Source of the DNA: Candidatus Omnitrophota bacterium
GTDB lineage: Bacteria > Omnitrophota > Gorgyraeia > Zapsychrales > Aceulaceae
Assembly (NCBI GenBank): GCA_029564765.1
Contig: JAKQPK010000013.1
Coordinates: 219,164-283,163, forward strand
Direction of reading: 5' to 3'
DNA length: 64,000 nt
The notes under the pieces are model-generated. The model was not told where the DNA came from. It searched no databases and saw only the letters and a list, made by a program, of their open reading frames with translations. Of this stretch, positions 45,811 to 54,940 are shown in pieces. The translations under genes were made by a program, and so were the position numbers. How positions within the stretch are numbered: position 1 is the stretch's first letter; every line of letters begins with the position of its first letter.

Positions 45811-47922
45811 TTGTCTTCACAACGTTTTGGTACTTTTGAAGGCGTTTTTGTTCCCAGTCTGCTCAGCATTTTTGGCGTTATCATGTATTTACGTCTGAGC
45901 TGGGTGGTTGGACAGGTGGGCATTATTGCGGCGCTTATCATCATCATTGCAAGCAACATGATCAGCTTGCTGACAGGATTTTCAGTTTCTTCGATCGTGA
46001 CAAATATCAGGATCGGTCACGGGGGAGCGTATTCGATCATCACAAAGTCTTTAGGCGCGGAAGCGGGAGGGGCTATTGGCTTGCCATTATATTTAGCGCA
46101 GGCTATTTCAATGGCGTTTTATGTTGTTGGGTTTGCTGAGTGCTGGATCAACGTCTTTCCGCAGCATTCATTCTTGATCGTTTGTCTTTTAGCTTGGTTC
46201 TTTATTTTATGGATTTCATATTGTAGCGCGCGGATCGCGTTTCGAACGCAATATTTCATTCTGGGTATCATTATCTTATCGCTTATCTCGATCTTTTTAG
46301 GCCAAAAAACATCTTTGTCCTCTGCGCAGCCGACAGGAACGCCTTTTGTATCTTCAGGTAATTTTTTTGTTGCCTTTGCTGTGTTCTTTCCTGCCGTGAC
46401 AGGATTTATGTCGGGACTTTCCATGTCCGGGGAGTTGGAGGAACCGAAGAAAAGCATCCCGATAGGAACGCTTCTGGCGACGGGCCTTAGTTTTGTCATT
46501 TATCTGATGCTCGCCGTTTGGTTGAGTCTTCAAGCAGGGCGGGAGGAACTGGTTCATAATACAAACATCATAGTAGACATCGGGCGATGGCCTGCCTTGG
46601 TGATCGCGGGGATCATGGGCGCCACACTTTCGTCGGCTATCAACATGTGCGTAACGGCTCCTCGCACTTTATTTGCTTTAAGCCAAAGCAAGGTTTTTCC
46701 CTTGCTTAAGGTTTTTGCGCATCGCAATAAAAAAGATGAACCAACAACCGCGATCCTTTTGACAGCGTTTATTGCCCTTGTTACGATTTTAGCCGGCACC
46801 TTGAACCAGGTCGCCACGATCTTGACCATGTTCTTTTTGATCACTTATGGGCTTATCAATTTTTCAGTTTTTGTCGAACAGTGGATCGGCATCGCTAGCT
46901 TTCGTCCTTCTTTTAGGGTTCCAAGGATAGTGCCTCTTGCGGGGTGGGTGGGATGTCTGAGCGTTATGTTCTTGATCAACCCGGTGTTTAGCTGGATCGC
47001 CTGGATCACTATTGGTATTTTGTACATGGCGTTAATGCGCAGAAAGACCGTGCGCTTTTCGCCTGATGTCAGAAGCGGCCTTTTGATCTTTTTGTCTGAG
47101 CAAATGGCAAAAGCAGCCGCACGACTGCCTTATTATCCCAAAATATGGAAGCCCAATGTTGCCGCACTGATAACAGACCTAAATGATTTCCAGCGCGCTT
47201 TCTCAGTGTTGGATGCCATCGTTTACCCAAATGGTCGTTTAACAGCTTTTTGCTTTGAGCAAGGGAAAAAAGAAGGGGCGTCTGGCCGCATTCAGAACAT
47301 GATCAAGCCTTTTGCGCAGAAAGGCATTTTTTCCGAAGGGATTACCTTGGCCCAAGGAGATCCCGCGTGCAGCATTAGCACGGTTTTGCAGACCCTTAAA
47401 TCGACGCATTTCCCGCCTAATGCTTTTTTTTGCGTCCTTCCTGAAAGTGGTCTGGTTGGCGGCCCCATTCAACAGGTTGTTCAGCAGGCTTCGCGTGAAG
47501 ATCTGGGTATTATTTTGCACAAGCAAGGGCAGGTGATCACGTCAACCCCTCAGCGTATCAATTTGTGGGTTCGCAAAGGAAGTCCGAATATCGATCTATC
47601 TATTTTGTTGGCGATCCAATTGCAAAGGAATTGGGATGGATACCTTTGCCTTGTGCAGGCTGTTGCGTCCCAAGAAGAAAGCGATGATGCGACAGCATAT
47701 TTAGCAAGGCTGGGAGAATTGATGAGGCTTCCAGGGGACCTGGGTATCAAGGTCCTTGTCGGCGATTTTGCGGCGGTTTTAGGACAAGCTCCGCAGGCAG
47801 ATATTAATATTTTTGGGATGCCAGAGCGACCGGATTTTGATTTTATCCATAAGTGTTCTCAAGGGATAAAAACATCGATCTTGTTTTTACGTGATTCGCC
47901 CCATGAAAGCGCAATCGCTTGA
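45811..47922 (+). CDS. Cation-chloride cotransporter (SLC12/CCC)-like APC-superfamily transporter with a C-terminal cytoplasmic domain
   Basis: N-terminus FGTFEGVFVPSLLSIFGVIMYLRLSWVVGQVG is the hallmark of bacterial CCC homologues. 12 TM helices plus a roughly 250-aa tail. TTG start. Confidence 0.7.
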   Translation: MSSQRFGTFEGVFVPSLLSIFGVIMYLRLSWVVGQVGIIAALIIIIASNMISLLTGFSVSSIVTNIRIGHGGAYSIITKSLGAEAGGAIGLPLYLAQAISMAFYVVGFAECWINVFPQHSFLIVCLLAWFFILWISYCSARIAFRTQYFILGIIILSLISIFLGQKTSLSSAQPTGTPFVSSGNFFVAFAVFFPAVTGFMSGLSMSGELEEPKKSIPIGTLLATGLSFVIYLMLAVWLSLQAGREELVHNTNIIVDIGRWPALVIAGIMGATLSSAINMCVTAPRTLFALSQSKVFPLLKVFAHRNKKDEPTTAILLTAFIALVTILAGTLNQVATILTMFFLITYGLINFSVFVEQWIGIASFRPSFRVPRIVPLAGWVGCLSVMFLINPVFSWIAWITIGILYMALMRRKTVRFSPDVRSGLLIFLSEQMAKAAARLPYYPKIWKPNVAALITDLNDFQRAFSVLDAIVYPNGRLTAFCFEQGKKEGASGRIQNMIKPFAQKGIFSEGITLAQGDPACSISTVLQTLKSTHFPPNAFFCVLPESGLVGGPIQQVVQQASREDLGIILHKQGQVITSTPQRINLWVRKGSPNIDLSILLAIQLQRNWDGYLCLVQAVASQEESDDATAYLARLGELMRLPGDLGIKVLVGDFAAVLGQAPQADINIFGMPERPDFDFIHKCSQGIKTSILFLRDSPHESAIA

Positions 47923-47993
47923 GAGGATATGTTTGTTTTTCTTTCGGAAAAAGGTATAATAAAAAACAAAGTTGTTAAACATAAGGAGGGAAC

Positions 47994-48290
47994 GTGAAGG
48001 ACGACATGAATAAACGGTTGAAGGTATGGCAGATGATCACGTTAGTGCAGATTGTTATGATTTTCTTCTTGGGGTTGTATGCGACATACCAGCGCACAGC
48101 GTTCGCGGCACAGCTTAGTTATCTTGCTAATCTTGAGACGACGCTTAAAGATAAAGAGGCAAAAGAAAAAGAGCTTTCCTCTCGTCTGTTGACGGTCATG
48201 GCACTGCTTCAGCGCGCGGTCAATGAGCTCAACCAAGAAGGCCAAGAGATGGGCATCAATAATATTGTTCCGTCCTCCACGGGGAAGTAG
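47994..48290 (+). CDS. Hypothetical single-TM coiled-coil protein
   Basis: SD AAGGAGGG, N-terminal TM helix, helical remainder. Confidence 0.4.
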   Translation: MKDDMNKRLKVWQMITLVQIVMIFFLGLYATYQRTAFAAQLSYLANLETTLKDKEAKEKELSSRLLTVMALLQRAVNELNQEGQEMGINNIVPSSTGK

Positions 48291-48413
48291 CCTTAAGAAA
48301 ACGCTTGCAGAATAAGGCGCAAGAAGCCTTCTTTTTTTGTAAAGTTGTGCTATCTTTAGACTAGATGTATCGTTCTTTTATAAATTGTTTTATGTAATAT
48401 TTTCTTAGCCAGG

Positions 48414-48455
48414 CCCCGCGTAAGATGCATCTTGCGCGGGGCTCTTGTTTTTTGG
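48414..48455 (+). terminator. Strong intrinsic terminator (nested palindrome CCCCGCGTAAGATG/CATCTTGCGCGGGG + CTCTTGTTTTTT) followed by a promoter with a perfect TATAAT
   Basis: Read directly. TATAAT at about 48484-48489 precedes the gene at 48514. Confidence 0.7.
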
Positions 48456-48513
48456 AGAGTTTTGTTGATTTCAAGAAGTTTCAAGTATAATATGAGGCAA
48501 GGAAAAAAGATCT

Positions 48514-49203
48514 ATGCCGACCATTCAATTGATCCTACTTCTTTTTATTTTTTCGATCCTCGCTTTTGTTGTCTTTGCTGTTTTTTTTCCGGCACAGCAA
48601 GAGCGAAGGCGCCGTAAGCGCGCAGAGCAGACAGAGCCTGTCTTATCCAAGGAGGATAAGGAATGGCAAGAGGCGGCTTTTCGGCTCAAGGAATATGTCT
48701 CGAAATATAAAAAAGAGATCAATGACCTTAAAAGAGAAGAGGAAAAACTAAAAAGCGATCTGCATGAAGAAAAAGAGAAGATCAAAAAGTTCGAAGAGAA
48801 ATTAAAAAGAGAAAAGCAGTGGCTGTCTGAACAGGAGACATCGCTTGACCGCCGGACAAAAGAGATCCGCCAGGCCAAGATGGAATTGACCAAGGCCCAG
48901 ACAGACCGTGAACACGAATATTCCCTGAGGCTTTCCAGCGAGCGTGAGAAGAAGAGCCTGCAATCCGACCTTGAGAAGTTGACCAAGGAAAAGAACGACC
49001 TTCTTTTGAAGGTAACGAACCTTGATTTCGCGGTGCGCAATCAAAAAGATGAGATCGCGGAGCTTCGCAAGACCAACGCTATCTTGCAAAAGAAAAAAGA
49101 TGAAGAGCAGTGGATCGCGAAGTCCGAGTTCGATAAGATTGAGCAGAAGCTGAAAGAAAAAGAGAAAGAGATCCAGAAACTCCAAGAAGATTGGAGACGT
49201 TAA
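48514..49203 (+). CDS. Membrane-anchored coiled-coil protein (charged KE-rich)
   Basis: N-terminal TM, then about 200 aa of highly charged heptad-like sequence. Confidence 0.5.
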   Translation: MPTIQLILLLFIFSILAFVVFAVFFPAQQERRRRKRAEQTEPVLSKEDKEWQEAAFRLKEYVSKYKKEINDLKREEEKLKSDLHEEKEKIKKFEEKLKREKQWLSEQETSLDRRTKEIRQAKMELTKAQTDREHEYSLRLSSEREKKSLQSDLEKLTKEKNDLLLKVTNLDFAVRNQKDEIAELRKTNAILQKKKDEEQWIAKSEFDKIEQKLKEKEKEIQKLQEDWRR

Positions 49204-49211
49204 CCCTTCCT

Positions 49212-50381
49212 ATGTTTTCCCGCCGCACAGATTGGCCCTTTGAGCAAAATCCATTGATGCTCGCCCTTGCCCAGCTGAAGGAAAAAAGGATCAAAGTTTT
49301 TGATCTTACGACATCTAACCCTACACAAGCAGGGCTTGCATATCCTGATCGACAGATCCTTAAAGCGCTGTCTTTGGCATCAAATATTTTGTATCAACCT
49401 CAGCCTTTCGGCCAAGAGCAAGCTCGCCAGGCCATAGCGCAGATGTATGCAAAGCAGAAAGTGATGATCAGGCCCGAGCAGATCATCTTAACGTCGAGCT
49501 CAAGCGAGGCGTATGCATTTCTTTTTCGCTTGTTGCTTAATCCGGACGAAGAAGCCTTGTTCCCAAGCCCTAGCTATCCACTCTTTGACTTCTTAGCGCA
49601 GCTTAACGATGTGGATATTCAACCGTACCCTCTTTGTTATCAACAGCAATGGGAGATCGACCTATCCGTGCTTAAAGAAAAATTCTCCTTAAAAACCCGC
49701 GCGCTTGTTCTGGTGAACCCAAATAATCCCACAGGAGGCTTTGTTAAAACTGAGGAGCTTGCTGTGATCAATCATCTTTGTCGCGAAAGGGATGTTGCTA
49801 TTATTTGCGATGAAGTGTTTTCTGATTATGTGCTTGATATGCACAAGGATGGGGTGCGGACATTATCAGGAAACACCGAGGCTTTGACATTCGTTCTGGG
49901 CGGCTTGTCGAAAAGCTTAGGACTGCCCCAGATGAAATTATCATGGATCATCGTTAATGGGCCAGAGGATAAAATCGCGCGAGCGCTTGAGCGCCTGGAG
50001 ATCATCGCGGACACCTATCTTTCGGTGAATACCCCCGCGCAGAACGCTTTACCATCATGGCTTAAGCTTAAGGATAAGATCCAGCGTCTTATCCAGGCGC
50101 GCATCCAAAAAAATCAAAAACTGCTTCAGGGCCTGTGCGCTAAGACACCATTTAAGGTTTTATCTGCTGAAGGCGGCTGGTACGCCATCATACAGCTTCC
50201 AGAAGGTCTTAGCGAAGAGCGCTTTGTCGAACAGCTGCTGCGTGAGCATCATGTCTTTGCGCATCCAGGGTATTTTTTTGATCTTATCCAAGGCGCGCAT
50301 CTTGTTGTGAGCCTTTTGACACCGGAAGATGTCCTTCGGGAAGGTCTTTCGCGCATCGTTGAATGTAGCGCTTATTCTTAA
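49212..50381 (+). CDS. PLP-dependent aminotransferase, class I/II
   Basis: LGGLSKSLGLPQMKLSWIIV (PLP-binding Lys region) and the general AAT fold pattern. Confidence 0.8.
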   Translation: MFSRRTDWPFEQNPLMLALAQLKEKRIKVFDLTTSNPTQAGLAYPDRQILKALSLASNILYQPQPFGQEQARQAIAQMYAKQKVMIRPEQIILTSSSSEAYAFLFRLLLNPDEEALFPSPSYPLFDFLAQLNDVDIQPYPLCYQQQWEIDLSVLKEKFSLKTRALVLVNPNNPTGGFVKTEELAVINHLCRERDVAIICDEVFSDYVLDMHKDGVRTLSGNTEALTFVLGGLSKSLGLPQMKLSWIIVNGPEDKIARALERLEIIADTYLSVNTPAQNALPSWLKLKDKIQRLIQARIQKNQKLLQGLCAKTPFKVLSAEGGWYAIIQLPEGLSEERFVEQLLREHHVFAHPGYFFDLIQGAHLVVSLLTPEDVLREGLSRIVECSAYS

Positions 50382-50481
50382 TCGTAGATCAGCCTTTGAT
50401 TCAGGTCTTGCAAACTTTTTATTGTTTGATAATATGATAACAATATAGAAATACTCATATTAATATTTAAAAGGACACGGC

Positions 50482-50958
50482 ATGAGCAAACGACCTTCTT
50501 GGGATGAATATTTTTTAAAGTTAGCGATGCTCGCTTCTGAACGAGCGACTTGTCCACGCATGCATTGCGGATGCGTTCTGGTCAAGGACAAACAAGTGAT
50601 CGCTACCGGCTATAACGGGTCGATCCCTGGTGATGATCATTGCGAAGATGTGGGTTGTTGGGTCGTTGAGAACCACTGCATCCGTACCAATCACGCGGAA
50701 ATGAACGCCCTCACGCAAGCAGCGAAGAACGGACACCCGACCGATGGATCAACGGCGTATGTGACGAATATGCCCTGTACGACCTGTGCTAAGGCCCTGA
50801 TCGCGGCGGGTGTTAAACGCGTCGTTGTTTTTTCAGATTATCATGATACGGTCGCCCAAAAGTTTTTCGCGAAAGCCGGCGTCTCGCTGGATAAGATCGC
50901 TAAGCCGTCGAATGAGATCAATTATAATTTAGACAATTATTCTTCGGCGCGAAAGTAA
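50482..50958 (+). CDS. dCMP deaminase (ComEB-type)
   Basis: HAEMNAL and PCTTCAKALIAAGVKRVV zinc-binding motifs, N-terminal SWDEYFLKLA. Confidence 0.85.
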   Translation: MSKRPSWDEYFLKLAMLASERATCPRMHCGCVLVKDKQVIATGYNGSIPGDDHCEDVGCWVVENHCIRTNHAEMNALTQAAKNGHPTDGSTAYVTNMPCTTCAKALIAAGVKRVVVFSDYHDTVAQKFFAKAGVSLDKIAKPSNEINYNLDNYSSARK

Positions 50959-50974
50959 GAAGAGGTCTTTTAAG

Positions 50975-51012
50975 CAGCAGGCGGCGGCAGGCTGCCTGCT
51001 GGTTTTATTTTA
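50975..51012 (+). terminator. Intrinsic terminator after the dCMP deaminase gene
   Basis: CAGCAGGC-(11)-GCCTGCTG followed by GTTTTATTTT. Confidence 0.5.
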
Positions 51013-51027
51013 AGAGAAAGAGGATGC

Positions 51028-51432
51028 ATGGCATTAAAAGTGTTGGTCGCTGATGATGAGCCGGAGGTCTTGGAGATCATGGCCAAGGCCGTCGCGATGC
51101 GCGGATACGCGGTTGTTCAAGCGATCGATGGACAACAGGCCTGGGAAAAGATCAAGAAAGAAGATCCGGACATTATTTTATTGGATTTGATCATGCCTGG
51201 AATGCATGGGATGACGATCTTAAAGAAGCTTCGGGAAAATCCTCTGCCGGATCGCTGGCAGCCTGTGGTGATCGTTTCTTCTCTGGGAGAGCTAGAAGAT
51301 GTCCAGAAGGGTTTCGCGTATCAAGCGGACCATTACATCACAAAGCCTTGCGCGATCGATACGGTCTTGCGCGCCGTGCAAATGATGCACGAGCTCATTG
51401 ACCAAAAGGGGCCTAAGCGAGGGCGGTCATGA
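51028..51432 (+). CDS. Single-domain response regulator receiver
   Basis: KVLVADDE...DIILLDLIMPGMHG...receiver motifs. Confidence 0.8.
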   Translation: MALKVLVADDEPEVLEIMAKAVAMRGYAVVQAIDGQQAWEKIKKEDPDIILLDLIMPGMHGMTILKKLRENPLPDRWQPVVIVSSLGELEDVQKGFAYQADHYITKPCAIDTVLRAVQMMHELIDQKGPKRGRS

Positions 51433-52238
51433 TCAAGTTCTTTATCGTGATCGTTGTCGCGCTGATCGCCTTTCTTGTCTTTGTTCGGTATCTTGAGTCT
51501 AAAAGCGTTTTTTTTCCCCAGAAGGAAATAGAGTTCTTGCCTGATGCCAAGCGCTATCTTTTCTCTGAAGTTTTCTTTCAAACAGAAGATGGGCTGACGC
51601 TTAACGGTTGGTTCTTTCGTTATCCTTCAGCTCAAGCAACACTGCTTTTCTTCCACGGCAACGGTGGCAATGTTTGTCATCGCTTGGATAAGATCTTATT
51701 GTTTCGAGACATGGGATTGAACGTTTTCATTATTGATTATCGTGGATACGGAAAAAGTCAGGGACGCCCTAGTGAGCAGGGGGTGTATCAAGATGCGATA
51801 GCCGCTTTCGATTATCTGTCTGGACGACTTGACATTCACAAAGATAAGATCATTGGCTACGGGGAATCTTTAGGTGGTGTGGTTGCCTTGGAGCTTGCGC
51901 GCAAGCGTCCTTTCGCTGCGTTGATCGTCGATTCTAGCTTTTCTTCGGTTGCTGATATTGCTAAGCTGTATTATCCTTTCATCCCTGCCTTTTTGCTGAG
52001 AACAAGAATGGATGCGGCTTCTTATTCGCGGGATATCAAAGCGCCTAAGCTTTTTATTCATAGCCAGAACGACGATATTGTTCCTTTTACCTTGGGTAAA
52101 AAACTTTTTGACGCAGCTGCTGAGCCAAAAGAATTCTTAGCGATCCAAGGTGACCATAATCAAGGATACGTGGACTCTAAGGATGTCTACAGTGAAGGTA
52201 TCAAGAAATTTCTTAACGTTCAGGGACTTTTACCATGA
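51429..52238 (+). CDS. Alpha/beta hydrolase (membrane-anchored)
   Basis: N-terminal TM. HGNGGN oxyanion region and GESLGG nucleophile elbow. Confidence 0.75.
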   Translation: MIKFFIVIVVALIAFLVFVRYLESKSVFFPQKEIEFLPDAKRYLFSEVFFQTEDGLTLNGWFFRYPSAQATLLFFHGNGGNVCHRLDKILLFRDMGLNVFIIDYRGYGKSQGRPSEQGVYQDAIAAFDYLSGRLDIHKDKIIGYGESLGGVVALELARKRPFAALIVDSSFSSVADIAKLYYPFIPAFLLRTRMDAASYSRDIKAPKLFIHSQNDDIVPFTLGKKLFDAAAEPKEFLAIQGDHNQGYVDSKDVYSEGIKKFLNVQGLLP

Positions 52239-53440
52239 AGCATTCTTTTTTAAGGACGCAAAGAACAAAGATCGTTGATGCTAGGGGCCGTGAGATATTC
52301 TTGCGAGGCGTGAATCTTGGCGGATGGCTAATGATGGAAGGCTATTTTTTGCAGGCGCCTAATATCGGTGTTCGGAAATTCAAGAAAGAATTTGCCGCGC
52401 GCCTTGGCGAAAAGGCTTTGCAGGATTTTGAGCGCGCGTTCTATGGTACATTTATTCAAGAAGAAGATTTCAAGCGTGTTGCCCAAATGAAGCTGAATTG
52501 CATCCGCTTGCCATTCCATCATGGGCTCATCGAGACAGAGTCTTATCGCTATAGCGCCAAAGGTGTCGCGTATCTTGATCAAGCGATCCGATGGGCAAAG
52601 AAATATAGCCTTTATATTATTTTGGACTTGCATGGGGCGGCGGGATGCCAGAACCATGATTGGCACTCAGACAGCTTAGGAAAAGCCGAGCTCTGGAGCA
52701 ATAAAAATTTCCAGAAAAGGACCGCGGCGCTTTGGGAATTTTTAGCTGATCGTTATCGTGATGAATCAACCGTGGCTGGATATGATCTTTTAAACGAGGC
52801 TGTCATTACTGATGAAAAGAAGCTCAACGATCTTTATCGCATGATCATCCAGGCGATCCGTTCAGCCGATAAGAACCATGTTCTTTTCGTCGAAGGGAAT
52901 AAATGGGCAACGGATCTCAAGTGTTTAGAAAGATTTCACGATCATAATTTAGCGCTCAGCATCCATTTTTATCATCCGATCGATTTTTCATTTAATTTTG
53001 TCCCATCACTGCGTTATCCATTACGCTATCAAGGGGTCAAGTGGGACCGCGCGATGCTGGGTCGCATGGCTGCTTCCTACGCGAGGGCCGCTAAAAAATA
53101 TGGCGCGCCGGTTTTTGTCGGGGAGTTTGGTGTTAATGACCGTGATAACGTTCATCATGAGATCGATTATCTAAAGGATGTTCTTTCTTGTTTTGACGCG
53201 CACGATTTTCATTGGACGTATTGGACCTATAAGGCCGTGAAGCACACCATGTTTCCTGACGGACTTTTCAGTTATTATCCCAATAGCCCTTGGGTGAATC
53301 GTCAGGGGCCCAAAACAGGCTGGGATACTTACGCTGATCTTTGGCCGCGCCACAAAAAAGATATTATTGAGTCTTGGAAAACAAAATATTTTACTCCCAA
53401 CACCAAAGCGATCAAGGCGCTTTCCTCATGCCAAGCATAA
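52235..53440 (+). CDS. Glycoside hydrolase family 5 with no signal peptide
   Basis: GVNLGGWL, ILDLHGAAGCQN, DLLNEA and GEFG motifs. Paralogous to the catalytic domain of the 5228-8677 protein. Confidence 0.75.
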   Translation: MKHSFLRTQRTKIVDARGREIFLRGVNLGGWLMMEGYFLQAPNIGVRKFKKEFAARLGEKALQDFERAFYGTFIQEEDFKRVAQMKLNCIRLPFHHGLIETESYRYSAKGVAYLDQAIRWAKKYSLYIILDLHGAAGCQNHDWHSDSLGKAELWSNKNFQKRTAALWEFLADRYRDESTVAGYDLLNEAVITDEKKLNDLYRMIIQAIRSADKNHVLFVEGNKWATDLKCLERFHDHNLALSIHFYHPIDFSFNFVPSLRYPLRYQGVKWDRAMLGRMAASYARAAKKYGAPVFVGEFGVNDRDNVHHEIDYLKDVLSCFDAHDFHWTYWTYKAVKHTMFPDGLFSYYPNSPWVNRQGPKTGWDTYADLWPRHKKDIIESWKTKYFTPNTKAIKALSSCQA

Positions 53441-54234
53441 AAGAGATCACGAGCGCGAAGAATCTGCAGGTGAAAGCTGTCATGGAGTTGCGCGAAAAGA
53501 AGGCGCGCGATGATTCAGGGCTGATGATCGTGGAAGGCGTGAGAGAAATGCGTTTGGCGCGGCAGGCCGGGATCTTTTTTCAGCAGGTCTATTTAGCACG
53601 ATCATTTATCGACCAAGCGGATCATCGGGAATTCGTGGAATTCGCGACCAAAGAAGCCAAAGAGGTTTTTTTGCTCAAGGATTTTATCTTTGAAAAGATC
53701 TCGTTTGGCCACCGTCAGGAGGGAGCCTTGGCTGTATGCGCGCAACCGCGTAAGCAATTGGCTGATATCCGTTGCTCTGACAAACCTCTTTTTATGATCT
53801 TAGAACATGTTGAGAAACCTGGGAATCTGGGCGCGATCCTGCGCACAGCGGATGCCGCGGGCGTGGACGCGGTCTTAGTGTGCGATCCGGCCACAGATAT
53901 CTATAATCCAAACGTTATTCGATCGAGTTTAGGCGCGATCTTTACCGTTGCGGTCGTGGAGATTGAGGCTCCTGAGGCTTTCAAATTCCTTAAGTCCAAA
54001 GGTGTTGTTATCTGCGCGACAGTTCCTCAGGCAGAAAAAGTTTATACAGAAGCCGATCTTAATGTTCCTTTGGCGGTTGTGATGGGAAGCGAGGACCAGG
54101 GCCTTGGGGAATTTTGGGTCGAACATTGCAATACCCCTATCGCGATACCCATGAAGGGCAAGGTAGATTCTTTGAACGTTTCTGTTTCCGCTGCGATCGT
54201 TCTTTATGAAACCATCCGACAACGAAAAAAATAA
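53428..54234 (+). CDS. TrmH/SpoU-family RNA 2'-O-methyltransferase (RlmB-like)
   Basis: SPOUT motifs LEHVEKPGNLGAILRTADAAG and a C-terminal knot region (LNVSVSAAIVLYE). Confidence 0.8.
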   Translation: MPSIKEITSAKNLQVKAVMELREKKARDDSGLMIVEGVREMRLARQAGIFFQQVYLARSFIDQADHREFVEFATKEAKEVFLLKDFIFEKISFGHRQEGALAVCAQPRKQLADIRCSDKPLFMILEHVEKPGNLGAILRTADAAGVDAVLVCDPATDIYNPNVIRSSLGAIFTVAVVEIEAPEAFKFLKSKGVVICATVPQAEKVYTEADLNVPLAVVMGSEDQGLGEFWVEHCNTPIAIPMKGKVDSLNVSVSAAIVLYETIRQRKK

Positions 54235-54940
54235 GCTACGGCTTCAAGTTTTTTTATCGCACAGCGGGATCTGTTCGCGGCGCAAGGCTATGGACCTGGT
54301 TAAAGAGGGCTATGTGATGGTCAATGGCGTTGTTGTGACCGAGCCGTCCATCCCGATCGACCCTGCCAAAGATACTGTTCTCTGCCAGGGGAAAAAAGTT
54401 GCGGTCGCGCAATACGCGTATGTAATGCTCAATAAGCCGCAAGGATACACGACAACGACTGAGGATCCTTTCGCGGAAAAGACAGTTTTAGATCTGGTGC
54501 CGGGGCAGTTTAAGACGCTTAATCCTGCTGGCCGTCTGGATAAGAATACGGAAGGTTTGTTGCTGCTGACCAACGACGGTGCGGTCGCTTATAAATTAAC
54601 GCATCCGAGCTTTAACATCGATAAAGTCTATTTCGCGCGCCTGAACAAATTTCTTTCTGATGATCACAAGGCGCGCTTAGAAAAAGGAGTTGTCTTGGAC
54701 GAAGCCAAGACCTCGCCGTGCAAGATCTTTCATTTAAGAACGCAACAGGGTGCGACAGAGCTGCGCATCAGCATTCATGAGGGGCGTAAGCGCCAGATCC
54801 GCCGGATGTTCGAGAAATTCGGCTATGAAGTTACTTTTTTAAAACGTGAGCAACAAGGACCTTTAAAACTCGGGGACCTGCCACTTGGCGCATGGCGGCA
54901 TTTGACGCCGGTGGAAATCAATATTTTAAAACAGCTATGA
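54206..54940 (+). CDS. Pseudouridine synthase, RsuA/RluB family, with an S4 domain
   Basis: S4 motif LQVFLSHSGICSRRKA and catalytic GRLDKNTEGLLLLTNDG. The ATG at 54206 implies a 29-nt overlap with the upstream gene, so the start is uncertain. Confidence 0.8.
   Translation: MKPSDNEKNKLRLQVFLSHSGICSRRKAMDLVKEGYVMVNGVVVTEPSIPIDPAKDTVLCQGKKVAVAQYAYVMLNKPQGYTTTTEDPFAEKTVLDLVPGQFKTLNPAGRLDKNTEGLLLLTNDGAVAYKLTHPSFNIDKVYFARLNKFLSDDHKARLEKGVVLDEAKTSPCKIFHLRTQQGATELRISIHEGRKRQIRRMFEKFGYEVTFLKREQQGPLKLGDLPLGAWRHLTPVEINILKQL

Noticed and set aside
48525-49185. Minus-strand 171-aa and 127-aa ORFs
   Set aside because: They are antisense to the charged coiled-coil gene. They are Ser/Leu/Phe-rich mirror artefacts of KE-rich coding sequence.
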